A DNA stretch of 61,224 nt from Candidatus Kaiserbacteria bacterium CG10_big_fil_rev_8_21_14_0_10_45_20 (GCA_002773335.1 PFBH01000001.1:1-61224), one strand, 5' to 3'. Counted from the stretch's first letter, positions 17,434 through 26,066 are shown. The notes: a model not told the origin generated them from the letters alone. Numbers and translations: made by a program.

Positions 17434-17472
17434 ATAACTAACAACTGTCTTTCAGTGTGTTATATTTTAGAA

Positions 17473-18189
17473 ACTATGAAAGATCCTAAAAAACCCGTTC
17501 AGACACCTGAAGAGCACCGTCTCGAGGCAGATTTGCGTGTATGCGACCCAGACAAAGTGGGAAGAATGTACGAGGTAGAAAATTGGCGCATTGAAAGAAT
17601 GTCAAAAGAGCTGAAAGACGGTTTTGATTTTGTTCGAAAATATAAACTCGGAGTGACCTTTTTTGGTTCTGCTCGCTGTACTGTTGGCGAAAAAAATTAT
17701 AATGCAGCGGTTGAACTCGCAGGAAAGTTGTCTAACGCCGGATTCTCTGTCATCACCGGAGGGGCAGGGGGCATAATGGAGGCAGGTAACAGGGGGGCAA
17801 AAGAGGCAGGAGGGAGTTCGGTTGGTCTTAACATCAACCTTCCTCACGAACAGGGAACAAACGAGTTTGTTACCGACTCAATGATTTTTAACTACTTCTT
17901 TACCCGTAAAGTAATGCTCACATTCGCTTCAGAGCTGTACGTGTATTTCCCAGGAGGGTTTGGCACACTTGATGAGTTGTTTGAAATACTAACGCTCGTT
18001 CAAACACGAAAAATCAAACGAGTACCTATTCTTCTGTTTGGAAAGGAGTACTGGGGCCCGTTAACTGCTTTTATAGACAGCACTTTAAAGGCGCAAGGTC
18101 TTATTGATGCAGAAGACACAGGGTTGTATACACTCGTTGATACTGTAGAGGAAGCGTACGAAGCGGCGATTGACTTAGTTAAGTGTTAG
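17473..18189 (+). CDS. LOG/TIGR00730-family Rossmann-fold nucleotide-binding protein
   Basis: GGAGGIMEAGNRGA and PGGFGTLDELFE motifs. The ATG at 17473 is preferred over the GTG at 17455. Confidence 0.8.
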   Translation, partial: TMKDPKKPVQTPEEHRLEADLRVCDPDKVGRMYEVENWRIERMSKELKDGFDFVRKYKLGVTFFGSARCTVGEKNYNAAVELAGKLSNAGFSVITGGAGGIMEAGNRGAKEAGGSSVGLNINLPHEQGTNEFVTDSMIFNYFFTRKVMLTFASELYVYFPGGFGTLDELFEILTLVQTRKIKRVPILLFGKEYWGPLTAFIDSTLKAQGLIDAEDTGLYTLVDTVEEAYEAAIDLVKC

Positions 18190-18473
18190 CGGTATTGTTT
18201 TCTGCCCTATATGGTAGAAAACAAAACATACCTCACCCATGCCGAAAGAGAGAAGGTGGCAAAAAAAGATCGTTGGCTGTTTCGGTAGTGTCGGCTATTC
18301 TCGGCATTGCTTTGATTGGTGTTTCCGGTCAATACATTGATAAAAACGGAGAAAGAGAGGAGAGGCACAACCAAAGAGACAAAAACGAGCAGTAACACCA
18401 TTTTTGAAGATTCTTTAAATGGAATTTCGGGCCTCTATAAAGCCATATAATAAATAAAAAGAAATTACAATAC

Positions 18474-18502
18474 TTGACAAGCATATGTCAAGATGCTAGA
18501 GT
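18474..18502 (+). promoter_or_regulatory. sigma70-like promoter TTGACA-N17-TAGAGT inside an inverted repeat
   Basis: Consensus -35 element. CTTGAC...GTCAAG arms span the -35/spacer region. Confidence 0.4.
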
Positions 18503-18510
18503 ATAACTAC

Positions 18511-18537
18511 AGCTGGCTTTTTGAGCCGGCTTTTTTT
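18511..18537 (+). terminator. intrinsic terminator-like hairpin plus T7
   Basis: GCTGGC-TTTTTGA-GCCGGC followed by TTTTTTT. It begins within about 10 nt of the predicted start site. Confidence 0.5.
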
Positions 18538-18587
18538 ATTGGGAGAAATACACGTTTACAGTGCCAATGCCCCAATAAGCAACCATT

Positions 18588-18992
18588 ATGATGATTCCAA
18601 TAGTTATGTTTCTAGCTGGAGCTTTCTTTAGTTCTCCCGTAGCTCTCTCTGAGACGATTGCTGACGAGACAGTGCAGAACCCGGAAACTCTCGCCGAATA
18701 CGTTCGTGAATATTACGCAGATACACCAATCTTGGCAGATATTGCGTGGTGCGAATCTAGTATGCGACACTTCAACAAAGAGGGAGAGATCCTCCGTGGC
18801 GTCGCTGACTCAGACGATCTTGGGGTGATGCAGATAAACAGACGCTACCACGAAAAGGATGCTGTAGAGCTTGGCTTTGATATTTATTCGTTAAACGGTA
18901 ACCTTGCGTACGCAAAACACCTCTACGAAAAACAAGGAACGAGGCCATGGAAAGCCTCAAGTCCATGTTGGGGTAAAATAGCAAAAGGCTAG
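18588..18992 (+). CDS. secreted SLT/lysozyme-like transglycosylase domain protein
   Basis: Signal-like N-terminus, catalytic-type WCES motif and DLGVMQIN. Confidence 0.6.
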   Translation: MMIPIVMFLAGAFFSSPVALSETIADETVQNPETLAEYVREYYADTPILADIAWCESSMRHFNKEGEILRGVADSDDLGVMQINRRYHEKDAVELGFDIYSLNGNLAYAKHLYEKQGTRPWKASSPCWGKIAKG

Positions 18993-18993
18993 T

Positions 18994-19317
18994 GTGAATA
19001 TGATGTACGAAGGACAAGATTCACACATAGGAGACGAGAATACGAAGAAAAATCGTGCGTTAAAAGACAGCAGAATACGCGCCCGCGAATTTGGTAGAAG
19101 CGTATTTCTTGAATCTGGGGCTCAAGAAGGGGATACGGTTGTTGTAACCCTACGAAGGGGTAGAGACCCTATAACAAAAGTTGACCGAAAGATCGAAATC
19201 ATTGAGGGTAGTCTTACAGAGATACAAAAGAACTACTTTTTACTCAAAGTGGTCGGAGAAGAGGACAGTGTAGAGCAATACTTTTTCAAAAACTTGGTAG
19301 AGATAGACATTTTGTAA
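18994..19317 (+). CDS. hypothetical protein (107 aa)
   Basis: ORF track. Starts 1 nt after the preceding stop. No recognisable motif. Confidence 0.45.
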   Translation: MNMMYEGQDSHIGDENTKKNRALKDSRIRAREFGRSVFLESGAQEGDTVVVTLRRGRDPITKVDRKIEIIEGSLTEIQKNYFLLKVVGEEDSVEQYFFKNLVEIDIL

Positions 19318-19332
19318 ATATATACACATAAC

Positions 19333-19360
19333 AAAAAACCCGCACGATGCGGGTTTTTTG
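19333..19360. terminator. bidirectional intrinsic terminator
   Basis: A6-CCCGCA-CGA-TGCGGG-T6 between convergent genes. Confidence 0.75.
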
Positions 19361-19388
19361 TTATCCATCGTAAGAACCTCTCATAGGT

Positions 19389-19820
19389 TTACTCTACAGT
19401 ATCTGCTTCTGCGGGAGGTTCGTTCTTTTTTAACTTTGTATCAAGGCTGATCGAACCGGCGCCATACACAGCAACATAAAGAAAGCCTCCGGCTATCGCA
19501 AGGTTCTTCATAAAGCTCATCATCTCTGCTTGGTCCGTAAAATTGGTGTGAAAGAGTAGCGCCGCAAGAATCGTAAAGATTGCAAGCACCCACGATGCCT
19601 TCTTTGCCATAAAGCCAAAGAGAATCATCAAACCACCAACAATTTCAATAATGATCGTAAGGACAGTGAGCACCTCTGCAAAAGGAAGCCCTACTGAAGA
19701 AATGTATCCTGCTGTACCGGCAAAGCCTCCGATTTTCGAGAAGCCGGCCATAATAAAGATAACTGAGAGAAGAATTCTTCCGATCAGTAATACTAAGCCA
19801 TTCTTTCCGTTCATAGTCAT
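19389..19820 (-). CDS. DoxX-family membrane protein
   Basis: Four TM helices and a typical DoxX N-terminus (LLIGRILLSVIFIMAGFSKI). Confidence 0.7.
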   Translation of the reverse strand: MTMNGKNGLVLLIGRILLSVIFIMAGFSKIGGFAGTAGYISSVGLPFAEVLTVLTIIIEIVGGLMILFGFMAKKASWVLAIFTILAALLFHTNFTDQAEMMSFMKNLAIAGGFLYVAVYGAGSISLDTKLKKNEPPAEADTVE

Positions 19821-19878
19821 TGTTTTTAAATACTATTTATAATGCTCACAGTATACCGTGTACGTGCCCGATAAAAAA

Positions 19879-20163
19879 CTACTTACTGTCTTTTGTATCG
19901 TCTTTATTAGAGGTCCACGGGCTTACCACCGGCTCGTTGGGTAGCCTACTATCAAAGGTAACACCGGATTTTTCTTCAATTTCAGCCACTTGGTTGGTTA
20001 TGGCTTTGCCTATAAGTTTGGCGAGAGGTAAGGGGACTGTGTAGCATTCAACATCGTCACCCGATTCAAGGGCAAGGTGAAGAATGCCGTTAATGACACG
20101 GATGTGCGCTGTATCAACGTATATTTTTGCCGGTACAGAGTTAAAATCAAATTCTTGAGACAT
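19879..20163 (-). CDS. hypothetical protein (94 aa)
   Basis: ORF track. Weakly reminiscent of DUF3467-type small proteins, but I am not confident in that. Confidence 0.45.
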   Translation of the reverse strand: MSQEFDFNSVPAKIYVDTAHIRVINGILHLALESGDDVECYTVPLPLAKLIGKAITNQVAEIEEKSGVTFDSRLPNEPVVSPWTSNKDDTKDSK

Positions 20164-20237
20164 AGAGAAAAGTAATGAGTGAGGTTAGTAAGGCAGTAGG
20201 TAAGTACTGTGTCTAGTATACCAGCCGTAGAGAGGTA

Positions 20238-20264
20238 TTGACATAAGTATAAAAATGTTATAAT
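20238..20264 (+). promoter_or_regulatory. extended -10 promoter (TTGACA-N15-TGTTATAAT)
   Basis: The -10 element ends 8 nt before the ATG at 20273, implying a leaderless mRNA. Confidence 0.5.
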
Positions 20265-20272
20265 ATTGCCTG

Positions 20273-20713
20273 ATGAAAGAGAGGGGACCCGATGTAGTGT
20301 GGGATGACGAATACCACCTTTGTGGACTGGCAGAGCCTCGAATGAGGAAGTCTATAAAAGGTAAGAAAGTTATTTTGGTAGATGATTGTTTTCTTCTTAA
20401 GTTTGAAGGATGTCTCGCGGGCCTCCCCCTTGAGGATCGTGGCGAGTTTAAAAAAGGTTGGTGGTACTGTCCACACGATAAAGATGTTCGTACAAGGTGG
20501 CGCGACCTCTTTGAAGAAGGATCGCTTATAGAAACTGGATTGACAGGCGAATGGGTAAGAGTTCGAGAGGTTATAGAGGGTAAGCCTGCATTAACCGAGT
20601 ACGCAAAAAGACAGTCAGAAAAATTAAAAAATCAAAAACTATCTAAATGGAATATTTTAAGACGGAATAAGAAGACGCGCGTAGAGATTATAACTGGCGC
20701 CCTCAGCATCTAA
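20273..20713 (+). CDS. hypothetical protein (146 aa)
   Basis: ORF track. Cys/Trp-containing N-terminal half and a basic C-terminus. No recognisable motif. Confidence 0.5.
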   Translation: MKERGPDVVWDDEYHLCGLAEPRMRKSIKGKKVILVDDCFLLKFEGCLAGLPLEDRGEFKKGWWYCPHDKDVRTRWRDLFEEGSLIETGLTGEWVRVREVIEGKPALTEYAKRQSEKLKNQKLSKWNILRRNKKTRVEIITGALSI

Positions 20714-21006
20714 TCGATTCGTTTATAAAATAATTCTAAGGTATTAAGAGAGAAATAGTACCCTGAGCTAGAATAGTAAACTGCGCACAATATATCTTTT
20801 GCGCACATATAGAGAGACGCTTTAATTTAATAATGTTTAATAAGTAAGCCCGTACGTTGTCTCCTAAGCTTCTTTTATGTATGTAGTGTGATAAATACGT
20901 AATACTAAAACCACCACCGTTCTTCATTTGTATTATTCTTCCCAGAGTATGGTTGCGTTAAAGTTATTTCCTAAACTTTCTCTTTTACCTCTTCCCTTTT
21001 ACAAAC

Positions 21007-21035
21007 TTGACATACTATAAGTTATTGTCATAATA
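21007..21035 (+). promoter_or_regulatory. sigma70-like promoter TTGACA-N17-ATAATA
   Basis: The -10 element ends 7 nt before the ATG at 21043, implying a leaderless mRNA. Confidence 0.45.
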
Positions 21036-21042
21036 AACAGAT

Positions 21043-21333
21043 ATGGCATTTACTGGTAATGAAAGAGCAAAAACATCATCTCGAGAAGGTGTAGAAAGTA
21101 GGCTTACGCCGGCACATTCAGCTCTTGAAAAAGAGAAGCGAGAACTTCCAGAGAAAGCCTTTAAACTTTGCAGACACATCGTGGCGGTACGGCTATACCC
21201 ATATCGTATACGAGAAGTTTTCAACACCCTTGGAAGCGCCCTTACTCCAGTGTTTACAGAAACAAATGGTGGTGCGCAGACTATTTCTTACAAAAAGCCC
21301 ACAGATCTAATGCGACGTATTTTAAACTTCTAA
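21043..21333 (+). CDS. hypothetical protein (96 aa)
   Basis: ORF track. Bounded by a promoter and the terminator at 21363-21397. Two other frames are also open, so coding status is uncertain. Confidence 0.35.
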   Translation: MAFTGNERAKTSSREGVESRLTPAHSALEKEKRELPEKAFKLCRHIVAVRLYPYRIREVFNTLGSALTPVFTETNGGAQTISYKKPTDLMRRILNF

Positions 21334-21362
21334 TGTTCAGTAAAGTACGAACGTTATGAGAT

Positions 21363-21397
21363 AAAAAAACTCCGCATCAGTAGTGCGGAGTTTTTTT
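21363..21397. terminator. bidirectional intrinsic terminator
   Basis: A7-CTCCGCA-TCAGTAG-TGCGGAG-T7. Confidence 0.75.
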
Positions 21398-21413
21398 ATT
21401 TCTCTGTCTCAAT

Positions 21414-21650
21414 CTACATTACCTGCTCTGCAGGTCCCGCGGGTTTTGCAACACAGTCTTTGCAGGCCTTTTTATGCGTTACTGCAAAGTAAACTGCTGA
21501 AAGACCAACAAGAATGTAAATGACTTTCGAGATCATTGCGTCCATACCACCAAAGAGTGATCCGATTTCCCAGTTGAAAATCGCAAAGACTCCCCAGTTA
21601 AGACCTCCAACAACAAGGAAGATGAAGGCAATTATGTGTAAATACTTCAT
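21414..21650 (-). CDS. DUF378-family small membrane protein
   Basis: VGGLNWGVFAIFNWEIGSLFGG pattern and two TM helices. Confidence 0.7.
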   Translation of the reverse strand: MKYLHIIAFIFLVVGGLNWGVFAIFNWEIGSLFGGMDAMISKVIYILVGLSAVYFAVTHKKACKDCVAKPAGPAEQVM

Positions 21651-21749
21651 GGATTCTTCTATTATTTTATTTAATAACGTACTTATTCATTAAACACCCA
21701 AAATAAGCCCGTGTAGGCCCTTTTGTCATTTCTGTGGATATTTAAAAAC

Positions 21750-21835
21750 AGTTGTTAGTTATTAGTGCTTAGCTGTTAGTTCTGAATGTTTTGGAATCTC
21801 TTTTTTCCGGCTAAAGCCTAACATCCTAAATACCT
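21750..21835. repeat. intergenic stop-word repeat (TTAGTGCTTAG and CCTAA words)
   Basis: GTTGTTAGTTATTAGTGCTTAGCTGTTAG ... GCTAAAGCCTAACATCCTAAATACC. Confidence 0.7.
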
Positions 21836-21843
21836 GCTTTATT

Positions 21844-23259
21844 TTACAGATAATCAAAAGGATTCAGGTACGCTTGTGTCGGAGCAACTGGTATAGACAC
21901 TCCCCCTTTTGCGCATCCAGTTGAAGGCGAACGACCGTTCGCTATATACCAATCCCGTAGGTTTTTTACTTCAACACCGTCTGAGGCAAACAGCGTAAAG
22001 TGTAAGTGGGGGCCTGTCGAGTATCCTGTATTACCTGAATAGCCTACCAAGCCCCCCGTACCCACTGCATCGCCCTTAGAGACAGATATATGCGACAGGT
22101 GCGCATACAGGGTCGAAAGACCATTATTGTGCTTTACAAGCACCCATTTGCCGTACGAGTAGCACCCGGGAGCAACGTCTGTGTCCCCCACTCCTTCAAC
22201 AATTCCTGCGAGAGCAGAGATAACCTTGGTTCCTGTTGATGCGCCAAAATCAATACCGTTGTGCCCTTGGCCATTGTAGGCACCTGATTGCGCAAACGCG
22301 GTATTGCCAAAATATTGAGTAATGCAGTAGATGTTGCCGTACGTTCTCTCTCTATCCTTGCAGCGAAGCATAACGGCAGTATCAAGTGGAAACGAGAGTA
22401 TTCCTGAGCCGACAGCAGGGATTGAAGAAGGGTTCAGGGTGTACTGAAGCTGTGACTCAAATGCTTTCAGATCGCTTTCCAGTTGCTCTCGAGCCTCACG
22501 TTTTTCTTGAAGTAATTTTTGATATTCCGCCTCTTCGTTTTTTGTTCTACTTAAAATAGTCGACTGCGAACGCCGTGTTTCATCTAATACAGACCTCTGT
22601 CCACTCAACTCTTTACTGAAAGAAATTAATGCTCCTTGCTTTTCAATAACTTCTCCACGGTTTTGTTCAAGTGCCTGCTGTATAACCAACAGCTCTTTTA
22701 TTTCTTCATTTAAAACGGTCTGCACTCTTCTCAGGCGGTCTACATCTTCCCACGCCTTGGAAAAAGAGACACCTGAGAGGAAGTGTTCAACAATAGAGAT
22801 ATCATCTATGCGAGAGATCGTTCGCAATGACTCTTTGATTGTCTCTTTTCCGGCATTACTTTTTTGAATCTTGTCTTCAATTTCAATCTCTAATTCTTGA
22901 AGCTCAAGGCTCGTGGCAGAGATTCTGTTTCGAGTCACTGCTATGTCGGTTGCAATCTTTTTTCTTGAAAGGTCGAGGCGAGCAATTTCTGATTCCAGCG
23001 TTTTACGGTCGGCGCCGATTTTTTCCAAGTCTTCTTCGTACGCGGCAATCTCTGCCTCCAGTGAAGCGATTTGAGAGTTCCAATCATTGATTTTTTGTTG
23101 CAGTTCAGCAACTGTTTCAGCATGGGTAATAACTGACGAAAGAAAGAATAAAGCACCCAAAAAGAGACCACCAAAAACAGCCTGTGTAGCAAAACCAAAC
23201 CCTCTACTCACGTTAAGAGAGGAGCGTAATCGCATCAGTAACGCGGGCAGCGGTTTCAT
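21844..23259 (-). CDS. M23-family peptidoglycan endopeptidase with long coiled-coil N-terminus
   Basis: HNGIDFGA and GNTGYSTGPHLHF zinc-site motifs. The start may be the ATG at 23235. Confidence 0.85.
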   Translation of the reverse strand: MKPLPALLMRLRSSLNVSRGFGFATQAVFGGLFLGALFFLSSVITHAETVAELQQKINDWNSQIASLEAEIAAYEEDLEKIGADRKTLESEIARLDLSRKKIATDIAVTRNRISATSLELQELEIEIEDKIQKSNAGKETIKESLRTISRIDDISIVEHFLSGVSFSKAWEDVDRLRRVQTVLNEEIKELLVIQQALEQNRGEVIEKQGALISFSKELSGQRSVLDETRRSQSTILSRTKNEEAEYQKLLQEKREAREQLESDLKAFESQLQYTLNPSSIPAVGSGILSFPLDTAVMLRCKDRERTYGNIYCITQYFGNTAFAQSGAYNGQGHNGIDFGASTGTKVISALAGIVEGVGDTDVAPGCYSYGKWVLVKHNNGLSTLYAHLSHISVSKGDAVGTGGLVGYSGNTGYSTGPHLHFTLFASDGVEVKNLRDWYIANGRSPSTGCAKGGVSIPVAPTQAYLNPFDYL

Positions 23260-24679
23260 ATTTTCCCAGTATACCAGCTACAATAAACGGATCCGGAGAT
23301 TGCTCCTTTCCGGTCAGTGCAAAACGCACAGGCCAAAGGATATTCCCCTTCCCTACGTCCTCTGCAATGGGCCACAGACACTCTTTTACCCTATCAGACG
23401 ACCATTCGTCTTCAGGTATCGCCTCAAGTGCCTCTAAGGCCTTAGAGAGGTTTACACGAGTATTTTCTCGGCTCGGGTCCTTGGACCAGTAGAGACTCTC
23501 AGGTAGGTACGTTGGCTTTTCAATAAAGAAAGAGAACTCACCCTCTTCTTCCATTACAGAGATGTCTTTAAAGGTATGAATTCTTTCTTTTGCAAGGTTG
23601 AGTATTTGTGAAAGTCGGTTTTCTTTCGCAAGAGCCTCTCGAACTTTTTGTGATAAAAATTCTTGCGCTTGTTTTTCAAATTCTTCAAATGGTAGTTGCA
23701 CAATGTACTCTCGGTTATACCACCGCAGTTTTTCTTCGTTAAACGCTCCTCCACTCACTTGAATCTGATCAAGAGAAAATGCTTCAAACAACTCTTCTTT
23801 GCTAAACAATTCTTTATCGCCCCCCGGATTCCAGCCAATAAAGGCTAAAAAGTTCATCATTGCGTGTGGAAGGTATCCTTCTTTTTTGTACTCCAAAATA
23901 TCTTTCGCTCCGTCACGCTTTCCAAGTTTTTTAGTTCTGTCTTCACGAAGTATCGGTGGCAAGGTTACAAGCACGGGAGGCGTTATTTCGAGCGCTTCGT
24001 ATAAACTTAAAAAACGAGGCGTAGAAGAAATAAATTCGTCACCCCGCAGTACGTGCGTTACCCCCATCTCAGCGTCGTCAACAATGTGCGCAAAGTTGTA
24101 CGTGGGGTAGCCATCGGCTTTCATAATAATAAAGTCATCTAGTGCCTCTTCTCCTGCGTCCAGGTCTCCTCGAACAGCGTCCTCCCATGCATATCGTTTT
24201 ATTGTTGGTACCTTAAATCGAAGTGGACTTGCTCCGTCCCATACGTCAAAAGTTTCGGGACGGTGGTCACGAAACAAAAACGGACGTTTTTCTTCATCAG
24301 CCTTTTTTCGAAATTCTTCCACCTCTTTATTTGTGTATGGGTCAGGGTACGCTAACCCCTTTTGTACCAGCGTGTCTGCATATTTTTTATATACGGAAAG
24401 ACGTTCAGATTGAATGCACGAACCAAAATCTCCAGGCTTTTCTGGCCCGTAATCCCAATCAATACCCACCCAGTCTAAAGAGTCTTGTATGTGGGCAATT
24501 GAGCCCTCCACTTCCCTCTCTTTGTCGGTGTCTTCGATGCGCAAAATAAAGGTTCCGTTGTTTTTGCGTGCCCATAGCCACGCAAACAAGGCGGTCCGTA
24601 CACCGCCTATATGCATAAATCCTGTTGGGCTTGGGGCAAACCGAGTAACGACATTCATAGCAATATATACGGACATCAT
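23213..24679 (-). CDS. gltX: glutamyl-tRNA synthetase
   Basis: RFAPSPTGFMHIGG (HIGH) and KLGKRDG (KMSKS-like) motifs. Confidence 0.9.
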   Translation of the reverse strand: MMSVYIAMNVVTRFAPSPTGFMHIGGVRTALFAWLWARKNNGTFILRIEDTDKEREVEGSIAHIQDSLDWVGIDWDYGPEKPGDFGSCIQSERLSVYKKYADTLVQKGLAYPDPYTNKEVEEFRKKADEEKRPFLFRDHRPETFDVWDGASPLRFKVPTIKRYAWEDAVRGDLDAGEEALDDFIIMKADGYPTYNFAHIVDDAEMGVTHVLRGDEFISSTPRFLSLYEALEITPPVLVTLPPILREDRTKKLGKRDGAKDILEYKKEGYLPHAMMNFLAFIGWNPGGDKELFSKEELFEAFSLDQIQVSGGAFNEEKLRWYNREYIVQLPFEEFEKQAQEFLSQKVREALAKENRLSQILNLAKERIHTFKDISVMEEEGEFSFFIEKPTYLPESLYWSKDPSRENTRVNLSKALEALEAIPEDEWSSDRVKECLWPIAEDVGKGNILWPVRFALTGKEQSPDPFIVAGILGKYETAARVTDAITLLS

Positions 24680-24686
24680 ACATTAA

Positions 24687-24713
24687 GAAAACCCCTCAAT
24701 GAAGAGGGGTTTT
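24687..24713. terminator. bidirectional hairpin terminator
   Basis: AAAA-CCCCTC-AATGAA-GAGGGG-TTTT downstream of the - strand gene 24729..25223. Confidence 0.55.
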
Positions 24714-24728
24714 AAGAGGGCGAAAGCG

Positions 24729-25223
24729 TTACGCTACTTCCTCTGCTTTTTCTGGCTCGTTGTCGTTTGCTGCCAATTTCGCCATTTCCTTATCAAGTTG
24801 TGTGGGGAATATATTTACCAACATATCTTCAAAGGCTTTGATTTCAGCTGGTGTTGCGTGTCCACTTTCAAGCATTTCTTCTTGTGCTTCAGGAGTTGCT
24901 GTAGCAAATTGATGTTTTAGGTGAGCAAGAGATTGAATAACCTCAGTACGCTTTGGGTGATTTCGAAGTAATTTTATTCCTCTTTTCTTGTCAGCGATAC
25001 TTCCTGAGTTATTAATTGCAGTGTGTGCGTCCTCAAGTGCCTGTATGGCATTTTTGAAGTTCGCCGGATTTTCTGCAACCAAATCCATAATACGCACTAC
25101 CTTTGCGAGTGCTCGCTCTACCGCATCTTGCACATTCTCAGGTGCTTCTTCTTGAAACAATACCTGTCCTTCTTTTCTCTTCATCATATAGTTTATATAA
25201 TATGCTAATAAATTAACTTTCAC
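24729..25223 (-). CDS. hypothetical helical protein (about 150-164 aa)
   Basis: ORF track; no recognisable motif. Confidence 0.5.
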   Translation of the reverse strand: MKVNLLAYYINYMMKRKEGQVLFQEEAPENVQDAVERALAKVVRIMDLVAENPANFKNAIQALEDAHTAINNSGSIADKKRGIKLLRNHPKRTEVIQSLAHLKHQFATATPEAQEEMLESGHATPAEIKAFEDMLVNIFPTQLDKEMAKLAANDNEPEKAEEVA

Positions 25224-25317
25224 TATTCTACCAAATTATATATATTTGTCAAGTCTTTTGACAGGGTATCACAGTGGGCAAAACAAGAGAGGTATCTCCC
25301 TCATACCCCCAGGCAAC

Positions 25318-26005
25318 TCAGGGGTATTTTTGAAGAAATGCAATAATAACGTGCTGTGTAGCGTGTTCTTTTACCGTTGTTGATTTGATGGTAAATCTAG
25401 ATTTCCCATTTCTATGATCAAAAAAGTGAACTACGCCTATGTACCTTCCACGGCCAAGATCTTTTAGCTCTAACGATGCATTCCCATTACAAAAGAGCCC
25501 AAATGCTTGCTGTGCATAAGGCAGGTCTGATGACATTATAAAAGGAACGAGGTGCGTCATACTTCCCTGGCGAGGCGGGGGAAGTATATTTTTCTCGACT
25601 GACACGTACGCATCGGTAAATTTTCATATGATTCATTCCAACTCTTGAGAGGTAGATATTGCTGTTTAAAAAATCCTTTATGATTGCTTGATGAGGTACC
25701 GGTAAGTGGTTGCAGTAACCACTTACCCACACATCAACAGCTCTTTTCAATAGCTTGTCTCCCTGAGACTCCATAATCCCCTTTCCGGGTACACTGTTTT
25801 TTGTAGCAGAACAGTAGCTCATACTCGTAAGCGCACGAATTAAAATGTTTACATCTGTAAACTGGTACCCAATTCTTTGTTGGAAGCGGTCCAATCTTTC
25901 GAGAAATGTTTGAAAGTCAATGTCTGACATTGGGTCCCCTCTCTGTTTGAGTGTGGGAGTATCAACTAATGCCCCTTCAAAAGCCATCATAAAAGAGTAC
26001 CACAA
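25318..26005 (-). pseudogene. rnc: RNase III-like gene interrupted by a +1 frame change at an A4 run
   Basis: ORF 25487..26005 carries the RNase III signature region (IGYQFTDVNILIRALTSMSY, MESQGD). ORF 25318..25605 continues in the +1 frame with a dsRBD-like tail. The joined length of about 229 aa is typical of RNase III. Confidence 0.5.
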
Positions 26006-26066
26006 CCCTCTTCTCTAGAAATATTGAAATTTTTTTACCTTTATTTTGTAGCTACAATTTTGTACT

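Noticed and set aside
18183-18401. Mirror small ORFs (70 aa on +, 64 aa on -), each with one hydrophobic helix.
   Set aside because: They occupy the same DNA, neither has an SD or a clear promoter, and I cannot choose between them. Neither is reported as a feature.
20736-20927. 63-aa - strand ORF in the ORF-poor stretch.
   Set aside because: It has an odd composition and no translation signals. The region is treated as non-coding of unknown function.
25487-25605. Programmed ribosomal frameshift in the RNase III-like gene.
   Set aside because: The switch site is a plain A4T3 run with no recognisable slippery heptamer or downstream structure. An indel or pseudogene is the simpler reading.
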